DNA of 46,523 nucleotides, from positions 1 through 46,523 of the forward strand of contig JAZFYA010000072.1 in the NCBI GenBank assembly GCA_036443315.1, given 5' to 3'. The notes under the pieces were generated by a model. It saw only the letters and a list, made by a program, of their open reading frames with translations, was not told where the DNA came from and searched no databases. Positions 27,258-35,938 of this stretch are shown here, piece after piece; the stretch's first letter is position 1, and each line of letters opens with the position of its first letter. The stretch is from Pseudomonadales bacterium (GTDB lineage: Bacteria; Pseudomonadota; Gammaproteobacteria; Pseudomonadales; Dasaniaceae). The position numbers and the translations under genes are program-made.

Positions 27258-28214
27258 ATGCCCCTCTTCCCACCTCCACACTCTTCTCTTGATAAGGTAT
27301 ACCAGGTAAAGGTGCCCTTTCACTGTTGCTATCAGCCTGACTTCAATCCGCACGGTGTATTTACTAATGACGAAGTATCCTGCGTTCTCCGGCAAGGAAC
27401 GGTAACTGCCTATGCCCGCGTTAAAAACGGCAAGTATGAAATCATTTACGGCTGGCACCAACTCGCCCTTAAGCACAGTGGCGATGACAGCGCATTAATC
27501 GAGCTGACAGTCGTTCCCTACACCAATCAAGAAGCGGTTCGCTTATCCGTCCTTTATTATGGGGAGCATATAAAAGCGCATAGAATGTATATTGCTCGGG
27601 CACTCAAACAAGCAAAAGACGCCTTTAATGTCAATGATGAATGGCTATCGACTGCTTGCGAGAAGCGCTACTCCCGCAGCACTATAACTAACCTCCTACG
27701 ACTCAATAAACTCGACCCAGAAGTACAGACCATCTTTATTGCTGGCGGGATTAATAATTCATCCGCCAAACTTCTAGCGAGCTTTGACCCTGCCATGCAG
27801 CGAGCTTTTGCAAAAGATGCAAATGAAAAAGGTTGGACAAGCGAGGATCTCAGGGCCCGTATTTTAAAGGATTCGAAACCTACTCAAACCATAGGCTCTG
27901 GTCTAGACATGCTTGCAGCCGATCCTTTATCGCCACACCCTGCCCCCAACCAACCCAAAAAGGATTTGGATACAATTCGATTAGAGAATGAATTAACATA
28001 TCAAACTGGAGCACCTACCGAAATTTTCAAGACCGACATTCGATCTGGCTATCTACTACTCCGCACATACAGCGCTGCAGAAATAATCAGCATTGGGGAA
28101 CGACTAGCGAAGCACAGCGGGAATGCCCGACTGAATGCCGGCATCAAAATATCCTTTACTGATTATACTGAATTTGATGCCATATTGGCTCAGCTTGGCG
28201 CTATTAAGGACTAG
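27258..28214 (+). CDS. ParB/Spo0J-like protein with degenerate CTP-binding motif
   Basis: YEIIYG(WHQ), HTH SRSTITNLLRLNKLDPEVQ, Spo0J-like C-terminus DTIRLENEL...G. Confidence 0.8.
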   Translation: MPLFPPPHSSLDKVYQVKVPFHCCYQPDFNPHGVFTNDEVSCVLRQGTVTAYARVKNGKYEIIYGWHQLALKHSGDDSALIELTVVPYTNQEAVRLSVLYYGEHIKAHRMYIARALKQAKDAFNVNDEWLSTACEKRYSRSTITNLLRLNKLDPEVQTIFIAGGINNSSAKLLASFDPAMQRAFAKDANEKGWTSEDLRARILKDSKPTQTIGSGLDMLAADPLSPHPAPNQPKKDLDTIRLENELTYQTGAPTEIFKTDIRSGYLLLRTYSAAEIISIGERLAKHSGNARLNAGIKISFTDYTEFDAILAQLGAIKD

Positions 28215-28290
28215 CCCACTTAAAAATAATACCTCTGCATTCATTGAGCCATGCTTACTAATCTCTTACCAGGGCCACATTGAATGTCAG

Positions 28291-28304
28291 TTTACCGTGG
28301 TAAA
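28291..28304. promoter_or_regulatory. Candidate parS site 1 (TTTACCGTGGTAAA)
   Basis: 14-bp near-perfect palindrome between two convergent parB genes; second copy at 28440. Confidence 0.6.
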
Positions 28305-28439
28305 TTGAGCTTGCCCTAGCTTCCTAACCCCCGAGTTTGCACTTGAAACGTTAGCCTACGTAAAATCCCAGACCTACAAACTTAGGCATCCAGGATACCG
28401 ATGAGTATTGGCCGCATTAAAGAGTCTAGCTAGACCCAA

Positions 28440-28453
28440 TTTACCATGGTAAA
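28440..28453. promoter_or_regulatory. Candidate parS site 2 (TTTACCATGGTAAA)
   Basis: Perfect 14-bp palindrome. Confidence 0.6.
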
Positions 28454-28504
28454 GCCCAACATTGCTCAGCCCACGACCCTCAACACATCCCCTTAATTAT
28501 GCAC

Positions 28505-28533
28505 AAAAAAGGGTGCAAAAATGCACCCTTTTT
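28505..28533. terminator. Bidirectional intrinsic terminator
   Basis: AAAAAAGGGTGCA-AAAA-TGCACCCTTTTT between convergent genes. Confidence 0.75.
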
Positions 28534-28588
28534 ACCTACCAAATCGTTATAAATCAATAGGATAAAATAAAAATCGCCCCATGCGATA

Positions 28589-29623
28589 TTAACTCCCGAC
28601 AATCTTCTTGATGGCTTTCTTAATTTCACCCATTTGCTCATCATCAAACCCGTATAGGTCCACTTTGTACTGTCCCTTGTTCGATCGGTGGACCCCAATA
28701 ACCGCCCTCTTCTTACCCAAACAATCTTTAAACTCAATCTTCTTTTTCGTTGTCACCGCCGCCTTCTTGGCCACGAAGCCCTTGATAACCCTCAGCAACT
28801 CAGCACCAGACTCAAAGTAAACACCCTGCCCTATTGATGCCATCATTTCTTCTCGCTGCGTATGTGTAAATTTCCTCAGCGCTTTGTGGATGTCGAGGCC
28901 AGACCCGAGAGTCAGCTTAACGGGTGATGCAACCAATTTAACCACCGCTGTCGGCAACGTGGCTAACTGTAAGTATTTTGATATCAGTTTAGGATCTTCC
29001 CCCGCTAAAGCCGCTATCGCTTCACCTGTCAATTCGGGATTTTTTTGCTTTAGCCTGAGGAAATATTGCCCCCGCTCCCACGGAGAAATAGCTTCCCGGT
29101 CATCGTTTTCAGAATGTGAAAGCCGGCGAGCATCCACATCTGGCACCTTTGCATGGAACCATGCGGTCAGCTTTATCGGATCAGTCTTTCGCTCCTTTTT
29201 GTTTATCGATGAAAGCACAAAGCGGCGACGCGAGCCATAAATTAGCTCTGGCTGGTCATCCCTATTTAGCCTAACCAACGCCGGGACGTTCTGCCCTTCG
29301 CTAAGCATCTTCGCCCTTAATTCAAGCACCTTGGGATTGCTATCATCTAGCAGCTCCTGGGAACGTTGGTTGTAAGGCGACACTACGAGTTCGTCGGGAT
29401 CAAACTCCACTAGCTCACACTTGAGAAGCCCTCCGCTAACCGGAAGTTTTAAATAATATACTTGGCGCTCCTTACGAGGCTCAGACATGGACGGCGCATG
29501 CAATGTTCCCGTTAGAGGCCTGGCCGATGCTCTGGTGGCATGTCCATTATCCTCGGCGTTACTGGTTTTGGCTAAGACGAGTGACCTAAACGCACGCATA
29601 TTTGGCTTTTTATTGTTGCTCAT
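28589..29623 (-). CDS. parB: Plasmid-type partition protein ParB
   Basis: GQNVPA, YGSRRR arginine patch, SENDDREAISPWERG, HTH; coupled to parA. Confidence 0.93.
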   Translation of the reverse strand: MSNNKKPNMRAFRSLVLAKTSNAEDNGHATRASARPLTGTLHAPSMSEPRKERQVYYLKLPVSGGLLKCELVEFDPDELVVSPYNQRSQELLDDSNPKVLELRAKMLSEGQNVPALVRLNRDDQPELIYGSRRRFVLSSINKKERKTDPIKLTAWFHAKVPDVDARRLSHSENDDREAISPWERGQYFLRLKQKNPELTGEAIAALAGEDPKLISKYLQLATLPTAVVKLVASPVKLTLGSGLDIHKALRKFTHTQREEMMASIGQGVYFESGAELLRVIKGFVAKKAAVTTKKKIEFKDCLGKKRAVIGVHRSNKGQYKVDLYGFDDEQMGEIKKAIKKIVGS

Positions 29624-30882
29624 TAGTACACTCCCCTATTTTCCAATAATTCTTTTTTGGACGTCCAGTGCGGAAAAACAGCTCGATTCAGCGTCTCTTC
29701 AAAAACCGCAGTGTAATTAGCAATCGCCTTTTTCCTGGCTTTCCGATTAATCCCCAGATCCCCGGCATTGACGTCAAACACCGTTCTGCGCCTAGTAGAC
29801 AGGTTACTCACTACCGCATCGTGCTTTTTGATCACCGTTGAAAACGTCTTACCAAGAAACGTATTTCTTATGTCTTCAAGGACATACTCGCTACCAATAG
29901 TTGCATTGTCTTCACCGGGTGCGAAACGAGTAGGCAAAAAGAAAATATCTGGAACTGACTCGGACTGATCGCCAAAAACACCCTTTATCGTGTCCAGTTG
30001 ATCGTAAAATAAATCACAAAAGGAAACGGTCGAAGCAAAATCTGTCAGTTCCGTAGGAACGGGAACTATCACAGAATCGGCTCCAAATATTATATTGATA
30101 GGCAGCAGACCTACTGAGGGGGTGCCATCCACGATCACTACATCGTAATTTTGCTTCACCTCCTGCAAAGTCTCTCTAACACGATAAAACCAGTATTTCA
30201 TCGTTTCTGTTGCCTGAACCTTATTTTCCCGAGCCATGACAATCGCATTCGATAGAGCGTACTCAACACCAGCCAATTGAAGGGTAGAGGGGATGATATC
30301 CATGTTTGGGCAATAGGTTTCCTGTATGATCCCGCTCACAGGCACCGTTGTTAACTCGTTGAGAATGTATGGGCCCAAACTGGTTTCATGCGATGTTTCG
30401 ACATCGGGCAAAATACCCACAGCCAGGGTCAATGACGCCTGAGGGTCGAGGTCGACTAACAGCACCCGTGCCCCAAAGTTGGCTATGTAGGATCCAGCGT
30501 ACCAACCGGTTGTTGTTTTCCAGCAACCTCCTTTGTAGTTTGTGAATGACAATACCACTGGATCTTCCCCGGGTTTACGGATCGGGCGAGTTTTGAATAG
30601 GTCTTGCATAAAGTTCATCTGCTCTAACGTGACGCCAAGCCGATGACCGGTCTTGGGGTTCTTTTCCGGGGGAGGGAGGCGGCCCTCCTTTTCGGCGTTG
30701 TAAATAACCGATGTAGAGCTCACCCCCGCTAGAACCCGCATTTCTTCACCTTTAAAACGCCGCTCAGAGGCGTTTTCTTCTGAAACATTCCGGTAAGCCT
30801 CTAGAATATCGTGGCCTCGTTGTGAACACCCTGCTAATGTCTCCATTAACTCTGTTATGTTTGGCATATAAATCTCACTCAT
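29623..30882 (-). CDS. parA: Type Ia partition ATPase ParA/SopA with N-terminal HTH
   Basis: AEKEGRLPPP, KGGCWKTTT deviant Walker A, DLDPQASLT, YDVVIVDGTP. Confidence 0.95.
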   Translation of the reverse strand: MSEIYMPNITELMETLAGCSQRGHDILEAYRNVSEENASERRFKGEEMRVLAGVSSTSVIYNAEKEGRLPPPEKNPKTGHRLGVTLEQMNFMQDLFKTRPIRKPGEDPVVLSFTNYKGGCWKTTTGWYAGSYIANFGARVLLVDLDPQASLTLAVGILPDVETSHETSLGPYILNELTTVPVSGIIQETYCPNMDIIPSTLQLAGVEYALSNAIVMARENKVQATETMKYWFYRVRETLQEVKQNYDVVIVDGTPSVGLLPINIIFGADSVIVPVPTELTDFASTVSFCDLFYDQLDTIKGVFGDQSESVPDIFFLPTRFAPGEDNATIGSEYVLEDIRNTFLGKTFSTVIKKHDAVVSNLSTRRRTVFDVNAGDLGINRKARKKAIANYTAVFEETLNRAVFPHWTSKKELLENRGVY

Positions 30883-30932
30883 AAACTGTCTAAATTATAA
30901 TTACAATTGACAATAGATCGTCGATCATATTT

Positions 30933-30961
30933 TTGCACGTTTTTTCCACGAATTATATAAT
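30933..30961 (+). promoter_or_regulatory. Sigma70-like promoter pointing into the iteron array
   Basis: TTGCAC-17 bp-TATAAT. Confidence 0.55.
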
Positions 30962-31161
30962 CTTGAGCTTAGAAAGAAAAATCTGGCGTAGATAACTCAG
31001 CGCGTCTTCCTCAAAACAAGCGATGAATTCACGAAATCGCTATTCATCCAGCGAACTGTCATGCCCTGAATGTGTTAAGTCATTGTCAGACGTTAAATAG
31101 AAAGCGGGGAGGGGATTGCCGTTTGGAAATGGAGCCCTGCAAGCACGCCAGGCTCACTAAA

Positions 31162-31338
31162 AAGGACACTGAGGAATGGAAAGCACACTGAGGATTGCGA
31201 AAAGGACACTGAGCAATCATTAAGGACACTGAGGATTACGAAAAGGACACTGAGCAATCTAAAAAGGACACTGAGTAATCTAGAAAGGACAGTGAGCTAC
31301 ACACTAAGTACAGTGAGCAATGATTAAAGTACAGTGAG
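31162..31338 (+). repeat. Iteron array: nine 12-mers AAG(G/T/C)ACA(C/G)TGAG, period mostly 21 bp
   Basis: Copies start at 31162, 31181, 31202, 31222, 31243, 31264, 31285, 31306, 31327; located between parA and the rep gene. Confidence 0.92.
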
Positions 31339-31339
31339 C

Positions 31340-31445
31340 AATCAATATTTCTAGATAACTTATTGATAATAAAAGAATTTATTTCCTATATTCTTTAATG
31401 TTTTATTCATTTTATTCAAAGAGATTCATTTTATTCATTTATAGC
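31340..31445. other. AT-rich DNA unwinding element of the origin
   Basis: Very AT-rich tract with repeated TTTTATTCA units next to the iterons. Confidence 0.75.
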
Positions 31446-31537
31446 CTTTGTACTCTTTGGAACACAAAGCGAAATTAGCTCAGAATAGAGTAATGATTTG
31501 TTTCCAACGAAATTCTGAATATGACCCCTTTATTTAT

Positions 31538-31566
31538 TTGCGCCTCGGCGTATATACTTCTATCCT
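31538..31566 (+). promoter_or_regulatory. Putative promoter of the rep gene
   Basis: TTGCGC-17 bp-TATCCT, 34 nt before ATG 31601. Confidence 0.45.
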
Positions 31567-31600
31567 CAACACACATACTTTGAGCCTCATAACAATACAC

Positions 31601-33133
31601 ATGGCCAAGCTAAGAACCGTATACACTACCCACCCCTCTGTTGCTGTGGAAATTCAGCAGTTAGCGGCATCGGCCTCCATTAACGAAAAGTTTCGGCTTT
31701 TTATTCAGGCTTATGTGAATTTCTGTGACCAACAGCCAGACCGGATGGGGCCCCGCAGCGAATTTGTCAAACACCTTCAATCCCTGGACATGGCCTCCAG
31801 TGACGGCGTTATTGCTTTACGCCTCAATGAGCTAAGACGCTTGGGGGTGATTAAGGAAGAGAAAGAATTTATAAACGGCAAGAAAGTTAACCTAATTGAA
31901 CTCACCAAACTCCAACCGATCATCGAGCATTTCGCCAACAAAGACCGAACTGCACTGGTGCCGTCACACCGACCGTTGAAGAACCAACTTGCACTTCAAA
32001 TGGATGCGCTAAAAGGGCAGGGGAGTCATCTTTCCATCATCCAGGATAGCTCTGTCCGTATAGAGTCTTTATTTTGCATTCTGGATGCAGCCATGAAATT
32101 GTCGGGACGTGACAAACGAAAAAAAATTGAGTGTGATTACTCCTTCACCACTGGAGACTCGATAAAAATTAAAGCGCTGACCACCACTGACACCAACAGC
32201 GATATCGCCTATCTGAGTGATGAGCGGGTGATGAGGGCGCTTAACGGTTTTATCCTCGACAAGCTAGAGTCAAAATTTAGCTCACTCGCGGACCTGTCTG
32301 TCGAAGACTTAGGGTTGAAAGACGAGTACTTCTTTTTCGATCTTTATGCTCTGTGCCGGCGAATGAGATTGCGCCCAAACGACCAAAATCGAAAGATTGT
32401 TCGATCCATGCTTGAACGCCTACGAGACACTGTGTTTGATATAGACGCGAGCAACTCGCCTTACTTTAGAGAAAATTTCTCGATGGATGCAGAGACAGCT
32501 CAATATCGCTACATCACTGAGTTTTTTGCAAAGAAAGATTATATTACGGACGAGGAGGGCAAGCGCCAGGTTACTTCTGATCGATACTACTTAGTGAAAT
32601 TCCACACGGCTATTTTGACTAACTTGATCACAGTGGGGCGTTCGTTCATTTCCCATGATGGATTAGCCTATGAGCGACAGGGGTTAGCCCATAGATTGAA
32701 TAATTGGTCTAAGGCCTATATCGGCGTGAGACCTAAATCCATCGAGAAAGATTTCCAGTACGTACTCGACGAGCTGCGCTCGAAAGTAATTCCTTCGGCA
32801 CGGATGGACAACTTTGAACGGGATTTCCTCAGTCTAATGAGGCTCCGATGCAGCGAGGACATTGATGAAAACGGGGCTTCGTTCCACCTGGAGTGCTCTG
32901 GCCAATGGATTGAGGGCGCAACCAATATCGCCTGGCTCTATGGGTATTACTACAAGGTAGAGTGGGACCAGGAAAAAGCAGTGCGCCTCAACCGTATTCG
33001 GCGTCGGCGGAGCCGCTGCGTCAAAGACTATCCAGTCGTGACTATTTGGCGGGACACGGAAGACCTTTTTGTCGGCGATAATAGTCCTCATCGACAGGCA
33101 TTACGGCGACAGGCAGCCGAAATAGTGGGGTAG
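31601..33133 (+). CDS. Replication initiator with RctB-like central region
   Basis: Next to iterons; blocks LFCILDAAM, DIAYLSDERVMRAL, RKIVRSMLERLRDTVFDI, YFRENF..YRYI, RYYLVKF are colinear with recalled Vibrio RctB blocks (WAGIIDQAL, IMTVDDLMTLFAL, RDSIRDSIDRIEFTDFQL, WLSENM..FRFL, LYILVW). Confidence 0.8.
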   Translation: MAKLRTVYTTHPSVAVEIQQLAASASINEKFRLFIQAYVNFCDQQPDRMGPRSEFVKHLQSLDMASSDGVIALRLNELRRLGVIKEEKEFINGKKVNLIELTKLQPIIEHFANKDRTALVPSHRPLKNQLALQMDALKGQGSHLSIIQDSSVRIESLFCILDAAMKLSGRDKRKKIECDYSFTTGDSIKIKALTTTDTNSDIAYLSDERVMRALNGFILDKLESKFSSLADLSVEDLGLKDEYFFFDLYALCRRMRLRPNDQNRKIVRSMLERLRDTVFDIDASNSPYFRENFSMDAETAQYRYITEFFAKKDYITDEEGKRQVTSDRYYLVKFHTAILTNLITVGRSFISHDGLAYERQGLAHRLNNWSKAYIGVRPKSIEKDFQYVLDELRSKVIPSARMDNFERDFLSLMRLRCSEDIDENGASFHLECSGQWIEGATNIAWLYGYYYKVEWDQEKAVRLNRIRRRRSRCVKDYPVVTIWRDTEDLFVGDNSPHRQALRRQAAEIVG

Positions 33134-33136
33134 GGG

Positions 33137-33724
33137 ATGGCTGAGTGGATGCCGAGTGCCAAGACTAAACTTACCCTGAAACAACTGGGTTTTACTTCGG
33201 TACAGATTCAATCCGCGCTTGACAACTATCACCAGTACTTTTCGTCATACAATGCTAAGGAATTCCTTCGAGAGTTTGTTTGGTTGACCAGGGTTGACGA
33301 ACATCAATACGCGCAACTTATCAGTGACGCTCAGATCCCTCTTCACTGGCGGCCTAGCGAGGAGGTAAAAAAGACCTTGCTGAATGAGGGCTACACAGAG
33401 GTGGCGATCGCACACTATCGCGATCTGTTTGTGATCGGCGCCCGAGAGCAGTCGTGGATTGCCCGAGACCCCAACAGGGCTTTCAAGGCATTTTGTAAAC
33501 GTAAAACAGTGAAGTTGCCAGAACTTCTCCCACATGATTGGGTGCCCAGTAAAGCCATCGTCGAAGACCTTATCGCTATTGTATGTTCTAATCGAGACTA
33601 TATTGTGTGTCAGTTGGCACGCTTTATACATCACTACCACGACGAAATTCACCACGATTGGGACCATAAATTCAAGCAATACGTGCACAATGGTTGGAAT
33701 GTATTTGGGCACAAATATGGATAA
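33137..33724 (+). CDS. Protein with tandem DnaT-like ssDNA-binding domains
   Basis: Three W-x-PS repeats (EWMPS, HWRPS, DWVPS), last one ending LARFIHHY...WDHKFKQYV; 3 nt after rep stop. Confidence 0.7.
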   Translation: MAEWMPSAKTKLTLKQLGFTSVQIQSALDNYHQYFSSYNAKEFLREFVWLTRVDEHQYAQLISDAQIPLHWRPSEEVKKTLLNEGYTEVAIAHYRDLFVIGAREQSWIARDPNRAFKAFCKRKTVKLPELLPHDWVPSKAIVEDLIAIVCSNRDYIVCQLARFIHHYHDEIHHDWDHKFKQYVHNGWNVFGHKYG

Positions 33725-33739
33725 AGCGCGAGCAATACT

Positions 33740-33964
33740 CAGTGGCACAAGTCCATCGGTGATGCGACGTTGGCTGACGCTATTCTTGATTCTTTACTAC
33801 ACAACAGCCATAAGTTAAAACTGAAAAGGAGAGTCGATGAGAAAAGCGATGAGTGAAATCGCTGAAGTTGATTAGTAGCGGTGCTAGCATCACCACTCAA
33901 ACGTTACGTGAAATTGGTGATCAACTAATTCCAGAATGGCTGATCAAGTTCGCCAGAATACGCA
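33740..33964 (+). mobile_element. istB: IS21-family remnant: istB 3' end and right end
   Basis: QWHKSIGDATLADAILDSLLHNSHKLKLK/GESMRK with frameshift; repeated TGATCAA..CCAGAAT subterminal units ending in GAATACGCA. Confidence 0.8.
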
Positions 33965-34159
33965 AGGTGATCATCGCATACTTATTGAGTGGATCTACCA
34001 AACTGAATGCGAAAGCTGAGGGCAAAATATACAGGACACCTTGCCGGGTTATTGCGCAAGAATACATATAAAACACGGCTAACACTGAGATCGACAAGCA
34101 CAGCAGTATCATCACCAGCTTGGTAGCATACTCTATTAAAGCATTATCCCGCTGATATC

Positions 34160-35227
34160 TTAGTAAGTTACGGTGAGATTAGCTGGAGGATTTGGTGGGG
34201 AAGCCTGAGAGACGGTTGAAGAGATCACCACGGGATATCCTGTTTGATTGACTACCTCTTGGCTGTCAATGACATATAGATACGAAGTGGCCCCAGAGTT
34301 AAACCCACCTTGGTTTACAGTGATATCTATCGACGAACTGGACCACGATACAAGGCTTTGCATTTCAAATTGGGTCGAACTTGAGTAACTGGAGGCGTTA
34401 CCTAGCATTACCCGTGCAAATGAACTGTCGACATAAATATCATCCATCCACCAGGTGATAGCTGGAGGGTTATTACCGCCACCGTCAAACCCGAGTTTCC
34501 AAAGTTCGTTCATTTGCAATGACGAACAGGGAGACCAAGAAATATTGTTGTAGAGCGCTACACCGTTTATTCGAATAGAATAACGCTGAGCCGCATTATC
34601 AAACCAAACCTCCATAAAATTCCACTTGCCAGGGTTTCCTGACCAGCCACGCCATTGATTCGCACAATAACCACTAGTTGTTGTATATATAATACTTTGA
34701 TGCTGAGTCCACGAAAAAGTTTTTCCTGTCTCGTCAGAATTGTCCGACACCCTTATCCACTTCGAGGAATGATCACCAGCTGATGTATCGGTATCCTGCT
34801 TCCACCACCAGGAAACATAAACAGAGTCTGTTTTTGTCCATGACAGTCCATCGAGATAAGCCGTCTTCTTGCTAGTGGCTTTATACATGGCCGCGCTTAC
34901 ACCACATTGTTCAGTAGATGAAGTTTCATACTTTACATCGTCTCTGCCACTTGAATTTGCATAAATGCTCTTCCAAGGGTTTGATCCGCCTATGGGTATA
35001 GCATCACCGTCCACAAGGCTTGAGTATGAAGTTGCATTATCTACGGTGTCCCACAAAACCGGAGTTGCTGAGGGCTTCGTTCCAAATCCTGTGCCGGATA
35101 TGGTGATGGTGCCATCATGACTCCAGCCGCCAGTTGCTTGATTGATAGCTGGTGCGCTGTATACCAGCGATCCACACAGTAACGATGCAACGCATATCAT
35201 TGCTTGTGCATGCTTTAATTTTGCCAT
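34160..35227 (-). CDS. Secreted Trp/Ser-rich beta-sandwich protein (ConA/polysaccharide-lyase-like fold likely)
   Basis: Signal peptide; TITISGTGFGTK; WNFMEVW, WMDDIYVD; C-terminal PPNPPANL. Confidence 0.75.
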   Translation of the reverse strand: MAKLKHAQAMICVASLLCGSLVYSAPAINQATGGWSHDGTITISGTGFGTKPSATPVLWDTVDNATSYSSLVDGDAIPIGGSNPWKSIYANSSGRDDVKYETSSTEQCGVSAAMYKATSKKTAYLDGLSWTKTDSVYVSWWWKQDTDTSAGDHSSKWIRVSDNSDETGKTFSWTQHQSIIYTTTSGYCANQWRGWSGNPGKWNFMEVWFDNAAQRYSIRINGVALYNNISWSPCSSLQMNELWKLGFDGGGNNPPAITWWMDDIYVDSSFARVMLGNASSYSSSTQFEMQSLVSWSSSSIDITVNQGGFNSGATSYLYVIDSQEVVNQTGYPVVISSTVSQASPPNPPANLTVTY

Positions 35228-35479
35228 CTTTCTACCTCTTAATTGGTTAGTTGGCGACTTAGCATTCTACGTATACCTGAGCAAAATAAAGTTTCCTTAC
35301 CGTAATGTATTGCAAATTATAGACATTCACTCAATTGGGAGGTTTTAACTGGGCCACAATATTGGCAATTAAATTCTCGCGATTGATATATCACTAACGC
35401 CATTATTTATAGATAATATTTGATAGCATTAGAGGCCGTCGTTATAGTCTTAATGTCACAGCATATTAATAACCTGTCA

Positions 35480-35625
35480 ACTCTATACAGCTAGATTAAT
35501 TGAGCTTTCTGATGCGCCATTGGCGCACCGATCACTGTTGAATATTTATCCACCGTCCATTATAACTATCTTGAGCTTTTGTGATTTTAACGTCTTCAGG
35601 AATTTACGCGAAGATTAATCACATG
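35480..35625 (+). repeat. 146-bp direct repeat A, copy 1 (contains the palindrome and a TTGAAT-17-TATAAC promoter)
   Basis: Near-identical to 38027..38172. Confidence 0.92.
35513..35527. promoter_or_regulatory. TGCGCCATTGGCGCA operator-like palindrome
   Basis: Also at 38060, 38904 and (one mismatch) 40809. Confidence 0.7.
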
Positions 35626-35818
35626 CGTAAGTGACTGCTAGGCCTACCTATGCACCTTCACATGCCCCTATTTTTGGGCATGTAATCAACCTCGCACACC
35701 CCGCCATAATATTTCCCTCTTTTATTTTCCAATTATCACGTCGAATTTATGTTCTTATTTGTCTTAAGGGTATGAGAAAGATGTAACAGTGAATTTTTCA
35801 TTACGCTGAATCGCTTAC

Positions 35819-35913
35819 GTTTTTACTACTTGTTTCTTTGTTTAATGTTTATTGGAGCTTTATTACATGTAACAGCGTATTTTGGTTTATTTGGTAAATT
35901 GTTACGATCTCTA
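35819..35913 (+). repeat. 95-bp direct repeat B, copy 1 (upstream of the TonB gene)
   Basis: Near-identical to 38274..38368. Confidence 0.9.
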
Positions 35914-35938
35914 GTGATGAGTTATAGGGGTGTAAGAT

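Noticed and set aside
30931-30950. TTTTGCACG / TTTTCCACG as DnaA boxes
   Set aside because: Imperfect matches, over 200 bp from the iterons, and overlapping a promoter-like element
31162-31338. Regularly spaced repeats as a CRISPR array
   Set aside because: Repeats are 12 bp with 7-9 bp spacers, no cas genes, and they lie between parA and rep next to an AT-rich tract: iterons
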